Part shown: positions 17,789 to 27,141 of the stretch, piece by piece | Layout: every line of letters starts with the position of its first letter | How positions within the stretch are numbered: position 1 is the stretch's first letter | Source of the DNA: Lachnospiraceae bacterium | Lineage (GTDB): Bacteria; Bacillota; Clostridia; Lachnospirales; Lachnospiraceae | DNA length: 32,664 bases | Assembly (NCBI GenBank): GCA_036721955.1 | Contig: DAIMKA010000001.1 | Location: 1 to 32,664, forward strand | Direction of reading: 5' to 3' | Program-made: the position numbers and the translations under genes | Notes under the pieces: generated by a model | What the model was told of the DNA's origin: nothing | Seen by the model: the letters and a program-made list of their open reading frames with translations, nothing else | The model's database searches: none

Positions 17789-18730
17789 TCAGCCCTTTAC
17801 AAAGGCAAGCGTCTTCGCCGCAATGCCTGCTGCGTCAAGGCCATACTTCGCAACCAGCTCGCCGGCCGTTCCGGACTCTCCGAAGCGGTCCTGCATGCCG
17901 ATGCGGCAGAGCCTCGTGGGAAGCTTCTCCGACAGAACCTCGGCAACCGCTCCACCGAGACCGCCGATGACGCTGTGCTCTTCTGCCGTTACCACCCTGC
18001 CGGTCTTTCCTGCGGAAGCCAGAAGAAGTTCCTCGTCAATCGGCTTGATGGTGCAGATGTTGATGACCTCTGCGTCAATACCTTCGCCCTTCAGGGTTTC
18101 TGCTGCATCCAGTGCCGCTGCAACGCAGATGCCGGTTGCCACGATCGTGACATCCCTGCCTTCTCTCAGGAGCTTGCCCTTGCCGATTTCAAAATGGTAG
18201 TCGGGATCATTGAAAACCGGAACCGCATAACGGCCGAATCTCATATAAACCGGTCCGACATAGTCCGCCGCTGCCTTCACGGCAGCTCTTGCCTCGATGT
18301 CATCCGACGGGCTCATGACAACCATGCCCGGAATCGTGCGCATCAGGGCCAGATCCTCGTTGCACTGATGGCTCGCACCGTCCTCACCTACCGTGATGCC
18401 GGCATGTGTTGCGCCGATCTTGACATTGAGATGCGGATAACCGATGGAGTTTCTCACCTGCTCATAGGCACGTCCTGCCGCGAACATGGCGAAGGTCGAT
18501 GCGAACGGGATTTTTCCTGCTGCCGCAAGTCCTGCCGCAATCGTCATCATATTGCCCTCTGCGATGCCGCAGTCATAAAAACGGTCCGGGTACTCCTTGG
18601 CAAAATAGGAGGTTCTGGTGGAGGCCTTCAGATCGGCGTCCAGCACCACAATATCCGGATGATCCGCGCCGAGCTCCGCCAGTGCGTGTCCATAGCTCTC
18701 ACGGGTTGCGATCTTCTTAACGTCTGCCAT
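17789..18730 (-). CDS. Transketolase, C-terminal (pyrimidine-binding) subunit
   Basis: ATRESYG, DCGIAEGNM, GEDGASHQ, TAEEHSVIGGLG; stop/start overlap with the N-terminal subunit gene. Confidence 0.95.
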   Translation of the reverse strand: MADVKKIATRESYGHALAELGADHPDIVVLDADLKASTRTSYFAKEYPDRFYDCGIAEGNMMTIAAGLAAAGKIPFASTFAMFAAGRAYEQVRNSIGYPHLNVKIGATHAGITVGEDGASHQCNEDLALMRTIPGMVVMSPSDDIEARAAVKAAADYVGPVYMRFGRYAVPVFNDPDYHFEIGKGKLLREGRDVTIVATGICVAAALDAAETLKGEGIDAEVINICTIKPIDEELLLASAGKTGRVVTAEEHSVIGGLGGAVAEVLSEKLPTRLCRIGMQDRFGESGTAGELVAKYGLDAAGIAAKTLAFVKG

Positions 18731-19575
18731 TACTGCTCGCCCTCCTTCTCCAGTTCTGCATCAATCTTTGCAAGGTCCTCCATCGCCACGGCATACTGCT
18801 CATCGTTGGGCGCCGTGCCGTGCCAGGATGCCTGATTCTCCATGTAGGAGACTCCCTTGCCCTTGACGGTCTTCGCAATGATTGCCGTCGGCATGCCCTT
18901 GGTGGCTCTTGCCTCCTCAAAGGCCCTGCGGATCTCATCGAAGTCGTGTCCGTTGATGGTGATCACGTGGAAATTGAATGCCTCAAACTTCTTGTCAATC
19001 GGATACGGGTTATTGACCTTGGAAATGTCGCCGTCGATCTGGAGATTGTTGTTGTCCACGATGACGCAGAGATTGTCCAGCTTCTTGGCACCTGCGAACA
19101 TCGCTGCCTCCCAGACCTGACCTTCCTCCAGCTCGCCGTCCCCGAGGAGCGTGTACACACGGTAGGATTTCTGATCAATCTTCCCGGCAAGTGCCATGCC
19201 GCAGGCCGCGGAAATTCCCTGTCCCAGGGATCCGGAGGACATATCCAGTCCGGGCAGATACTGCATGCTGGGATGTCCCTGAAGTCTGGTTCCGAGCTTG
19301 CGGAACGTCTTCAGCTCCTCCACCGGAAAATATCCTTTCAGCGCCATCGCCGCGTACAGTCCGGGGCAGGTATGTCCCTTGGACAGTACGAACCGGTCGC
19401 GGTCCGGGTTGCCGATCATATCCGGTCCTACGTTCATTTCTTCAAAATACAGGTAGGTGAACAGATCCGCTGCGGAAAGAGATCCGCCGGGATGTCCTGC
19501 TTTTGCAGAATGAACAGCCGTCACGATTCCCTTGCGAACCTCGTTGGCCATCTTCTTCAGTTCAAGATTCTTCAA
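18730..19575 (-). CDS. Transketolase, N-terminal (TPP-binding) subunit
   Basis: GHPGGSLS, DRFVLSKGH, LQGHP, GSLGQG, LGDGELEEGQVWEA; TTG start after AAGGAGG. Confidence 0.95.
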   Translation of the reverse strand: MKNLELKKMANEVRKGIVTAVHSAKAGHPGGSLSAADLFTYLYFEEMNVGPDMIGNPDRDRFVLSKGHTCPGLYAAMALKGYFPVEELKTFRKLGTRLQGHPSMQYLPGLDMSSGSLGQGISAACGMALAGKIDQKSYRVYTLLGDGELEEGQVWEAAMFAGAKKLDNLCVIVDNNNLQIDGDISKVNNPYPIDKKFEAFNFHVITINGHDFDEIRRAFEEARATKGMPTAIIAKTVKGKGVSYMENQASWHGTAPNDEQYAVAMEDLAKIDAELEKEGEQ

Positions 19576-19601
19576 CTTGATTTCCTCCTTTATACCTTGC
19601 T

Positions 19602-20300
19602 TTACTTGCCCTGACCGTAGTAGGCATTCGCGCCGTGCTTGCGGTAGTAATGCTTATCCTGCAGCACCTGAGGTGCCGGAGCAACCTTCGGGTTGATGAT
19701 CTCGGTGCGGTATGCCATCTTGGCAACCTCTTCCAGAACAACGGCGCTGTGAACCGCCTCAATCGGATCCTTGCCCCACGCGAACGGCCCGTGATTCTTG
19801 CAGAGGCAGGCGGGAACCGCATCGCAGTCCTTGTTCATCCGGGCGAACTCGTCCACAATCAGGACACCGGTATTCTTCTCATAAGCCTCGTCGATCTCTT
19901 CCTTGCTGAGAGTGCGCAGGCACGGAACCTCTCCATAGTAATAATCCGCATGCGTCGTTCCGTAGCAGGGAATGCTGCGTCCTGCCTGTGCCCAGCTCGT
20001 CGCATAGGAAGAATGGGTGTGCACCACACCTCCGATACTCTCCCAGTGCTTATACAGGTAAGCATGCGTCGGCGTGTCGGAAGAGGGATTCATCTCTCCC
20101 TCCACCTTGTTGCCGTCAAAATCCACGACAACCATGTCCTCCGGCCGGAGCTCCTCATACGGAACTCCGCTCGGCTTGATGACAAAAACGCCGTCCCTGC
20201 GGCTGACTCCCGAAACATTTCCCCAGGTGAATGTCACAAGGTTGTACTTCGGAAGCAGCATATTGGCTTCATATACTTCCTTTTTCAGTTCTTCCAGCAT
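19602..20300 (-). CDS. araD: L-ribulose-5-phosphate 4-epimerase
   Basis: LVTFTWGNVS, IKPSGV, PSSDTPTH, VHTHS, GTTHADY, KHYYRKHGANAYYGQ. Start MLEELK at 20300. Confidence 0.96.
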   Translation of the reverse strand: MLEELKKEVYEANMLLPKYNLVTFTWGNVSGVSRRDGVFVIKPSGVPYEELRPEDMVVVDFDGNKVEGEMNPSSDTPTHAYLYKHWESIGGVVHTHSSYATSWAQAGRSIPCYGTTHADYYYGEVPCLRTLSKEEIDEAYEKNTGVLIVDEFARMNKDCDAVPACLCKNHGPFAWGKDPIEAVHSAVVLEEVAKMAYRTEIINPKVAPAPQVLQDKHYYRKHGANAYYGQGK

Positions 20301-20330
20301 GGATTTTTCCTTTCTCACCAGATGGCCGGA

Positions 20331-21935
20331 TTACAAATTCCGGACGGCAGCCGCCTCAATCGGCAGGCCCTTCTCATAGCGCTCCAGATACTCGTCGAAG
20401 CCCTTCACGTCCGCCGGATCCGGCCGGATGGTCTCGCCCTTCGCATCCGCAAAAACCTTCTCATTCAGCCACTGATCCAGAGGCTTTCCCTCGCTCCGGA
20501 CACTGTAGGCTGCCAGCAGGGCAATGCCCCACGCGCCGCCTTCTCCTGCCGTCGTCATGCAGGTTACCGGTGTATTCAGGGCAGCTGCCAGAATGCTCTG
20601 GCCGACTCCCTTCGTCTTGAACAGACCGCCGTGCCCCATCATGTTGTCCACCTTCACGCCTTCCTTCTTCAGAAGAAGGTCCATGCCTGCCTTCAGGACA
20701 GACAGAGAAGCGTACAGGTGCACGCGCATGAAATTCGCCAGTGTGAAGCTGGAATTCGGCGTGCGGGCAAAAAGCGGACGTCCTTCATCCATCTTCGTGA
20801 TCGGTTCCCCGGAGAAGTAGTTGTAGTCCAGCAGTCCTCCGCAGTCCTTATCCCCCTCCAGCGCCTTGTTGTACAGCACGGAGAACAGGCGGTTTTTATC
20901 CGCCTTCACGCCCATGGCCTCGCAGAATTCATCAAAAATCCCAACCCACGCGTTGAGGTCCGAAGTGCAGTTGTTGCAGTGTGCCATTGCCACCAGATCT
21001 CCGGAGGGAGTGGTAACAAGGTCGATTTCCGGATAAACGTTCTTCAGATCCTGTTCCAGAACGATCATGCCAAAGCACGAGGTTCCGGCGGATACATTTC
21101 CGGTTCTTCTGGCAACGGAGTTGGTCGCCACCATGCCGGTCCCCGCATCGCCCTCCGGAGGGCAGAGCGGAATCCCGGCCTCCAGGTTTCCGGAGACATC
21201 CAGGAGCTTCGCTCCCTTTTCCGTCAGGGTTCCTGCGTTCTCACCGGCCTTCAGATTCTTCGGGAAGATGTCCGGAAGCTTCCACGAATATCCCTTGTCT
21301 GCGATCAGTGCGTTGAACTTCTCCACCATCTCCGCATCATAATCGCCGGTTTTCATGCTGATGGGGAACATGCCGGAGCCGTCGCCCACACCGATGACCT
21401 TCTGTCCGGTCAGCTGCCAGTGCACATAAGCTGCGAGCGTCGATACGAAGTGAATGTCCTTCACATGCTCCTCGCCGTTTAAGACCGCCTGATACAGATG
21501 CGCGATGCTCCAGCGCTGCGGAATGTTGTAATGGAAAAGCTCCGTCAGCTTCTCTGCCGCCTCCCCGGTAATGGTATTGCGCCAGGTGCGGAACGGAACC
21601 AGGAGCTCGTCCTTGTCATTAAAAGCCAGATAGCCGTGCATCATTGCGCTGATGCCGATGGCAGACAGCCGGTGAATCACCGTTCCGTATTTCTTCTTCA
21701 CATCCTCCAGAAGGTCCGCATAGCATCCCTGCAGGCCTTTCCAGATATCATCCAGAGAATATGTCCATACCCCGTTCTCCAGACGGTTCTCCCACTCCCA
21801 GGCCCCCTCTGCAACCGGTGTGTTGTCCGTTGCAATCAGCTCTGCCTTGATGCGGGTTGATCCGAACTCGATTCCGACAACGGCTCTGCCGTCCTCGATT
21901 TCCTTTCTGATCTGATCCTGATCCATTGTTCCCAT
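20331..21935 (-). CDS. FGGY-family pentulose kinase, probable L-ribulokinase (clostridial type)
   Basis: [62 protein letters not shown]; directly upstream of araD. Confidence 0.88.
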   Translation of the reverse strand: MGTMDQDQIRKEIEDGRAVVGIEFGSTRIKAELIATDNTPVAEGAWEWENRLENGVWTYSLDDIWKGLQGCYADLLEDVKKKYGTVIHRLSAIGISAMMHGYLAFNDKDELLVPFRTWRNTITGEAAEKLTELFHYNIPQRWSIAHLYQAVLNGEEHVKDIHFVSTLAAYVHWQLTGQKVIGVGDGSGMFPISMKTGDYDAEMVEKFNALIADKGYSWKLPDIFPKNLKAGENAGTLTEKGAKLLDVSGNLEAGIPLCPPEGDAGTGMVATNSVARRTGNVSAGTSCFGMIVLEQDLKNVYPEIDLVTTPSGDLVAMAHCNNCTSDLNAWVGIFDEFCEAMGVKADKNRLFSVLYNKALEGDKDCGGLLDYNYFSGEPITKMDEGRPLFARTPNSSFTLANFMRVHLYASLSVLKAGMDLLLKKEGVKVDNMMGHGGLFKTKGVGQSILAAALNTPVTCMTTAGEGGAWGIALLAAYSVRSEGKPLDQWLNEKVFADAKGETIRPDPADVKGFDEYLERYEKGLPIEAAAVRNL

Positions 21936-22105
21936 CCCCTTTTCCTTATGCTGTAAAATCAGGCGAAACCGTTCTCCTTCGCCTGTCCTGTCCGGGCTTT
22001 CCTCCGGAAGCGCAAATCCGCAACCGGATTTTTCGCTTTAAAATCAGCGGATGCCCAACAGTTGTATTCTATCATAAATGCAGGCCGCATACATCCGTGT
22101 TTCCC

Positions 22106-22567
22106 CTATTGCCGCCCCGTCTCTTCCATCATTTTTTCCACATGCGCCCGGTCCCAGAGAAGGACATTCAGCCGGCGTGCGCACGTTCTCGCGGGGTCCG
22201 TGAACGACCGGTTGGTCATCACCGCCGCCACCATTCTGCCGTAAAAAGCCTTTCCCGCGTAAACTTCCTGCACCGCGTGCACACCCACAATACTCTCATA
22301 GCATTTGCACTGCACCGCATAGGTCACGCCGTCTCTCTCACACAGGATATCCGCGCCGTAGTCTCCGCTTCCTCTCGTAACCTCCACTTCTTCAAACCCT
22401 GCCTCCCGCAGAAGATCCGCGCAGAAATATTCAAAGTCATGGCCCTCCATGGCATCCATTTCCGCTTCCTTCGGCCCGCTCCTGCGGTTGACCCAGCGAA
22501 GAAACCACACGATTCCCGCCACGAGAGCTGCCCCCGCCGCAAGGATTCCCCAACTCTGTCCGTTCAT
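22106..22567 (-). CDS. Membrane-anchored Mrr-like (PD-(D/E)xK) endonuclease
   Basis: N-terminal TM helix WGILAAGAALVAGIVWFL; Mrr catalytic-domain motifs GHDFEYFCADLL, SGDYGADIL, AVQCK, VMTNRSFT and LWDR. ATG 22567 after GAGAGG. Confidence 0.88.
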   Translation of the reverse strand: MNGQSWGILAAGAALVAGIVWFLRWVNRRSGPKEAEMDAMEGHDFEYFCADLLREAGFEEVEVTRGSGDYGADILCERDGVTYAVQCKCYESIVGVHAVQEVYAGKAFYGRMVAAVMTNRSFTDPARTCARRLNVLLWDRAHVEKMMEETGRQ

Positions 22568-22568
22568 T

Positions 22569-23579
22569 TCAGAATTCCTCTCCGAACCGGTCTGCAATCC
22601 GCTTCTCCGCCCAGTCCGCAAGCTTTCTTATCCTGCCGCTCCCCGGCTCCGGAAACGGAAATTCCGGGGCCTCCATACCGGGCGGCTCTCTTTTGGGCGG
22701 CTCCACCTCCGGCGGTTCCCATCCGGGCACGCTCTCTCCCAGCATCATTTCCTCCACCGGTCCTCTCGGACGGCTGACATAAAATTCTTCATCCGTCTCC
22801 AGACAGTAGGCTGCCAGCTGTGCGCGGTCCGCCGCGTGTGAAACCGCATTTTCCTCCTCCGACCAGCCAAGGCACTTGCCTCCGCAGTCGATGTCCACGA
22901 ACTTCTCCGCCCGGTAAATCCGGTTACGAACCGGCGGGAGGCCGCCGAGAAGATTTTTCCCTGCTTCCCGGTTCAGCTCCCCGTAATAGTAATCCGTAAT
23001 GGTATGCCCGCAGATCAGCATGCTGTAATTTTTCCGTCCGCGGTATTCCGCGAAAGGATTCTCCCGCAAAAGCAGCCTTCTCCAGACCGAATCCATCCTG
23101 CAGCGCTGCCGCTGCGCCGCCGTATATTCCATATCTTCAAAAAAAGGATAGGCATGCGCCGCCATGAACAGTCTTCCGTCCACCGGAATGTCACAGGAAA
23201 AGGGAAGATTTTTCAGCCATCGGTGAAGGCTTTCCTGTTCTTCTTCGGAAAGCGCAAGGAAGGCGTCCCATGTCACCTGCCCCCGGTTTGCCTCCAGCCA
23301 GTTGCGCGCCGATTCACTGACCGCGTCATCGGTAATACCGTACTCGATCGCAGCAAGAAACATCAGCTCATGGTTTCCCATCAGGCAGTGAACAAAGTCA
23401 TATTCCTCCTCCATCTGTTTCACCGCCAGAATCGTCTCCATGGATTTCTCTCCCCAGTCCCCGTAATCACCCAGGAGATAGAGAGAGTCCGACCCGTCAT
23501 ACTGAAACCGGATTTTGTCGAGAAGCCTTTGAAATTCATCGTATGCGCCGTGTATGTCGCTGATTGCATAAGTAGCCAT
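22569..23579 (-). CDS. Calcineurin-like metallophosphoesterase (PrpA/ApaH-like Ser/Thr phosphatase) with Pro-rich tail
   Basis: SDIHG, LGDYGDWG, MGNHE, AHA, CGHT and DIDCG motifs. Start MATYAISD at 23579. Confidence 0.9.
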   Translation of the reverse strand: MATYAISDIHGAYDEFQRLLDKIRFQYDGSDSLYLLGDYGDWGEKSMETILAVKQMEEEYDFVHCLMGNHELMFLAAIEYGITDDAVSESARNWLEANRGQVTWDAFLALSEEEQESLHRWLKNLPFSCDIPVDGRLFMAAHAYPFFEDMEYTAAQRQRCRMDSVWRRLLLRENPFAEYRGRKNYSMLICGHTITDYYYGELNREAGKNLLGGLPPVRNRIYRAEKFVDIDCGGKCLGWSEEENAVSHAADRAQLAAYCLETDEEFYVSRPRGPVEEMMLGESVPGWEPPEVEPPKREPPGMEAPEFPFPEPGSGRIRKLADWAEKRIADRFGEEF

Positions 23580-23586
23580 GACGTCT

Positions 23587-23595
23587 ATTATAGCA
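23587..23595 (-). promoter_or_regulatory. Extended -10 promoter (TGcTATAAT) 7 nt before the phosphatase ATG
   Basis: Minus strand TGCTATAAT-AGACGTC-ATG, with no Shine-Dalgarno sequence. Confidence 0.7.
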
Positions 23596-23607
23596 TGCCG
23601 GTCATGC

Positions 23608-23641
23608 AAAAAGGCACAGGCCCCTGCGGGTCTGTGCCTTT
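23608..23641 (-). terminator. Rho-independent terminator of pckA
   Basis: Minus strand AAAGGCACAG...CUGUGCCUUU stem running into UUUUU, about 55 nt after the pckA stop. Confidence 0.85.
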
Positions 23642-23695
23642 GAACGATCATAACAGCTTATGAAGCGCTGCCTGTCTTCTCTTCTTCCTTCGGAA

Positions 23696-25300
23696 TCAGA
23701 GCTTCGGGCCTGCTGCAACCAGAGCCTTGCCGGCCTCGTTGCCTTCATACTTTGCAAAGTTCTTGATGAATCTCTTTGCAAGATCCTGTGCCTTTGCATC
23801 CCACTCGGAAGCGTCCTTGTAGGTGTCGCGAGGATCCAGAATGCCGGTGTCTACTCCCGGAAGCTCGGTCGGTACTTCAAAATCGAAGTAAGGGATCTTC
23901 TTGGTGGGAGCCTTCAGAACATCACCGGAAAGGATTGCATCGATGATTCCACGGGTATCCTTAATGGAGATACGCTTGCCGGTTCCGTTCCAGCCGGTGT
24001 TTACAAGGTAAGCCTTTGCGCCGCTCTTGTTCATCTTCTTAACCAGCTCTTCTGCGTACTTGGTCGGATGCAGCTCCAGGAAAGCCTGGCCGAAGCAAGC
24101 GGAGAAAGTAGGAGTGGGCTCGGTGATTCCGCGCTCGGTTCCTGCAAGCTTTGCAGTGAAACCGGACAGGAAATAGTACTTCGTCTGCTCAGGTGTCAGG
24201 ATCGATACCGGAGGAAGTACGCCGAATGCATCTGCGGACAGGAAGATTACGTTGTCAGCAGCCGGGCCGTGAGAAATCGGCTTAACGATCTTCTCAATGT
24301 GGTCGATCGGATAAGATACACGGGTATTCTCGGTTACGCTCTTGTCAGCGAAGTCGATCTTGCCGTTCTCATCAACCGTAACGTTCTCAAGAAGAGCGTC
24401 TCTTCTGATTGCGCCGTAGATATCCGGCTCAGCTTCCTTGTCCAGGTTGATAACCTTTGCATAGCAGCCGCCCTCGAGGTTGAAAACGCCGTTGTCATCC
24501 CAGCCGTGCTCGTCATCGCCGATCAGCAGACGCTTGGGATCTGTGGAAAGGGTGGTCTTGCCGGTTCCGGACAGACCGAAGAAGATTGCAGTGTGCTCAC
24601 CATTCAGGTCTGTGTTTGCAGAGCAGTGCATGGAAGCGATGCCCTTCAGCGGCAGATAGTAGTTCATCATGGAGAACATACCTTTCTTCATCTCTCCGCC
24701 GTACCATGTATTGATGATAACCTGCTCCTTGGAGGTGATGTTGAAGACAACAGCGGTCTCGGAGTTGAGGCCCAGCTCCTTGTAGTTGGTTACCTTCGCC
24801 TTGGATGCGTTGTAAACGATGAAATCAGGCTCGAAGTTCTCTTCCTCTTCTGCAGTGGGCTTGATGAACATGTTGCGGACAAAGTGTGCCTGCCATGCAA
24901 CTTCCATGATGAAACGAACTGCCATGCGGGTATCCTTGTTGGCTCCGCAGAAGCCGTCTACCACGTAAAGCTTCTTATTGGAAAGCTCCTTCTTGGCAAT
25001 TTCCTTTACTGCAGCCCATGCTTCCTGAGAAGCGGGATGGTTATCATTCTTGTACTCATCGGTGGTCCACCATACGGTGTCCTTGGAGTTCTCATCCATT
25101 ACGATGAACTTATCCTTAGGAGAGCGGCCGGTGTATACGCCAGTGAAAACGTCAACTGCACCCAGCTCAGTCTCTCTGCCAACCTCATAGCCTTCCAGCC
25201 CGGGCTTGGTCTCTTCCTCGAACAGCTGCTCATAGGAAGGGTTATAGACGATCTCAGGTGTTCCGGTAATGCCATACTTGCTTAAATCGACTTTTGCCAT
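23696..25300 (-). CDS. pckA: Phosphoenolpyruvate carboxykinase (ATP)
   Basis: [54 protein letters not shown]. Start MAKVDL at 25300 after GGAGG. Confidence 0.98.
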   Translation of the reverse strand: MAKVDLSKYGITGTPEIVYNPSYEQLFEEETKPGLEGYEVGRETELGAVDVFTGVYTGRSPKDKFIVMDENSKDTVWWTTDEYKNDNHPASQEAWAAVKEIAKKELSNKKLYVVDGFCGANKDTRMAVRFIMEVAWQAHFVRNMFIKPTAEEEENFEPDFIVYNASKAKVTNYKELGLNSETAVVFNITSKEQVIINTWYGGEMKKGMFSMMNYYLPLKGIASMHCSANTDLNGEHTAIFFGLSGTGKTTLSTDPKRLLIGDDEHGWDDNGVFNLEGGCYAKVINLDKEAEPDIYGAIRRDALLENVTVDENGKIDFADKSVTENTRVSYPIDHIEKIVKPISHGPAADNVIFLSADAFGVLPPVSILTPEQTKYYFLSGFTAKLAGTERGITEPTPTFSACFGQAFLELHPTKYAEELVKKMNKSGAKAYLVNTGWNGTGKRISIKDTRGIIDAILSGDVLKAPTKKIPYFDFEVPTELPGVDTGILDPRDTYKDASEWDAKAQDLAKRFIKNFAKYEGNEAGKALVAAGPKL

Positions 25301-25330
25301 AGTATCTTGAACCTCCATTAAGAATTCATG

Positions 25331-25348
25331 CTGTTAATAAATTAACAC
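25331..25348. promoter_or_regulatory. Rex-like operator
   Basis: cTGTTAA-TAAA-TTAACAc palindrome matching the clostridial Rex consensus TTGTTAA-N4-TTAACAA at 12 of 14 arm positions; just downstream of the pckA -10. Confidence 0.7.
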
Positions 25349-25355
25349 TGTTACG

Positions 25356-25384
25356 GTTATACCACAAAAGAATTTGAGGAACAA
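25356..25384 (-). promoter_or_regulatory. Sigma-A promoter of pckA
   Basis: Minus strand TTGTTC, 17-nt spacer, TATAAC with TG extension. Confidence 0.7.
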
Positions 25385-25412
25385 CGGGAATCCTGCAAAT
25401 TTCATTTGTTTT

Positions 25413-26279
25413 TTATGCTTTTATCAGGGCCCGGTAAATTTCCCTTTTCGGAACTCCGCGGTCCCTCGCGACAAGCTTCATGGCCTCTTTGCGGTCCGTC
25501 CCCTGAGACTCGTAATAGGCCATATGTTCCCCGATGCTCATCGTCTTCCAGACGGCCTCTTCCTTCCTTTTCTTCTCCTCCGGATCCGCTCCCGAAAGAA
25601 CCAGGACATACTCGCCTCTGGGATCGCTGCTTTCATAATATTCCCGCGCCTCCGGGAGCGACATGGCCTTTGCCTCTTCGAACTTCTTCGTCAGTTCCCG
25701 GCAGAGGACAATCTTCCGGTCGCCGAGCGCTTCCTCCAGCTCCTTCAGCGTCGCCCGCAGATGGTGCGGTGCCTCATACAGGATGGTCGTCCTCTCTTCC
25801 TCCCGGAGCCGTTCCAGAACATGTGCCCGTTCCTTTTTATCGGTTGGAAGAAATCCCTCGAAGCAGAACCTCCTTGCCGGCATGCCGGACATGGTAAGTC
25901 CCGTGATCAGGGCACAGGCGCCGGGGAGCGAGGTCACGCGGATTCCCTGTTCCATGCACTTTGCCGCGAGAACCTCCCCGGGATCCGAGATCGCCGGTGT
26001 TCCCGCGTCGGTCACCACGGCAATATTCTCGCCGCGCAGAAGGTGCCCGATCAGCTCGTCCGCCTTTTCATACTTATTATGTTCATGATAGCTGGTCATC
26101 GGCTTGTGAATGTCAAAATGATTGAGCAGCTTTAACGTGTTGCGTGTATCCTCCGCCGCAATCAGATCCACATTCTTCAGTGTCCGCAGCACCCGGAGCG
26201 TAATATCCTCCAGATTTCCGATCGGCGTCGCGCACAGATACAGAGTTCCCTGTGCGGCGCTCTTTCCGTTCTCTTCCAT
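25413..26279 (-). CDS. rsmI: 16S rRNA C1402 2'-O-methyltransferase
   Basis: LYLCATPIGNLEDIT, AAEDTR, DAGTPAISDPG, FEGFLP, YEAPHHL, RELTKKFEE. Start MEENGK at 26279. Confidence 0.96.
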   Translation of the reverse strand: MEENGKSAAQGTLYLCATPIGNLEDITLRVLRTLKNVDLIAAEDTRNTLKLLNHFDIHKPMTSYHEHNKYEKADELIGHLLRGENIAVVTDAGTPAISDPGEVLAAKCMEQGIRVTSLPGACALITGLTMSGMPARRFCFEGFLPTDKKERAHVLERLREEERTTILYEAPHHLRATLKELEEALGDRKIVLCRELTKKFEEAKAMSLPEAREYYESSDPRGEYVLVLSGADPEEKKRKEEAVWKTMSIGEHMAYYESQGTDRKEAMKLVARDRGVPKREIYRALIKA

Positions 26280-26379
26280 CGCCAAAATTCCTCTCCTCTT
26301 CCGGATGCACCCGTCCGGGACAGCCGTCTTTCCATTTTCTGCAGCGGCCGCGGCGGGATTCTGCGCCCAAACCGCGGCG

Positions 26380-27141
26380 TCAGTATCCGTAGATCTCATA
26401 AATCTCATCCGTATATTGTCCCGGCTCCCGGTAAACGATCAGCGGCTTCTCCACCGTGATCCGCGCATTTCCTCCGCGCACACAGTCCAGCAGCACCATG
26501 TTGGGTTCCCGGTCGATGTAGGGATAAACCAGCCGCATTCTTTTCGGCTCCAGATGATGGCTGCGGAGCGCCGTCATGATTTCCGCCAGGCGGAACGGAC
26601 GGTGCACCATGTAGAAATGTCCGCCCGGCCGGACCATCTTCTCCGCCGCAGTGACCAGCTCCTCCAGACTGCAGCAGATTTCATGCCGTGCAATCGCCTT
26701 CGCGTCCCCCGGATTCACCAGCCCGTGGCAATTCGTCATATACGGCGGGTTGGAAGTGACTACGTCAAAAGAAGCAGCCGCAAATAAAGCGCCTGCTTCC
26801 CTGATATCTCCGGTTACAATTTCGATCCGCTCCTCCAGACCGTTCAGGAGAACGCTCCGCCTTGCCATATCGGCGCTCTCCGGCTGGATCTCCAGTGCCG
26901 TAAAATGCTCCGCCTTCGTCTTGGCACTCATCAGGATCGGAATGATTCCCGTTCCGGTTCCGAGATCCAGAACCCGGTCTCCCTTTGCCGCCTTCGCAAA
27001 GCCCGACAGGAGCACCGCATCCATTCCAAAGGAAAAGCGCTGCGGATTCTGAATGATCTCCAGATGGCTTCTCTGGAGATCATCGATTCGTTCATTCGGT
27101 TTCAGAAGGTTTGTCTTCTCTTCTTCTGTCATTGCCGCCAT
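26380..27141 (-). CDS. tRNA1(Val) A37 N6-methyltransferase (YabB/TrmN6 family)
   Basis: FSFGMDAVLLSGF, VLDLGTGTGIIP, VTSNPPY, IARHE. Start uncertain (27141 or 27132). Confidence 0.92.
   Translation of the reverse strand: MAAMTEEEKTNLLKPNERIDDLQRSHLEIIQNPQRFSFGMDAVLLSGFAKAAKGDRVLDLGTGTGIIPILMSAKTKAEHFTALEIQPESADMARRSVLLNGLEERIEIVTGDIREAGALFAAASFDVVTSNPPYMTNCHGLVNPGDAKAIARHEICCSLEELVTAAEKMVRPGGHFYMVHRPFRLAEIMTALRSHHLEPKRMRLVYPYIDREPNMVLLDCVRGGNARITVEKPLIVYREPGQYTDEIYEIYGY

Noticed and set aside
17789..19575. Split transketolase as a frameshifted pseudogene
   Set aside because: Two-subunit transketolases are normal in Clostridia; both halves are intact and the second has its own SD.
19635..21482. 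615-aa ORF antisense to araD and the kinase
   Set aside because: Antisense shadow in GC-rich DNA; it spans two genes that happen to share a frame and has no protein-family features.
23660..25285. 541-aa ORF antisense to pckA
   Set aside because: Shadow frame of a strongly codon-biased gene; no SD and no recognisable motifs.
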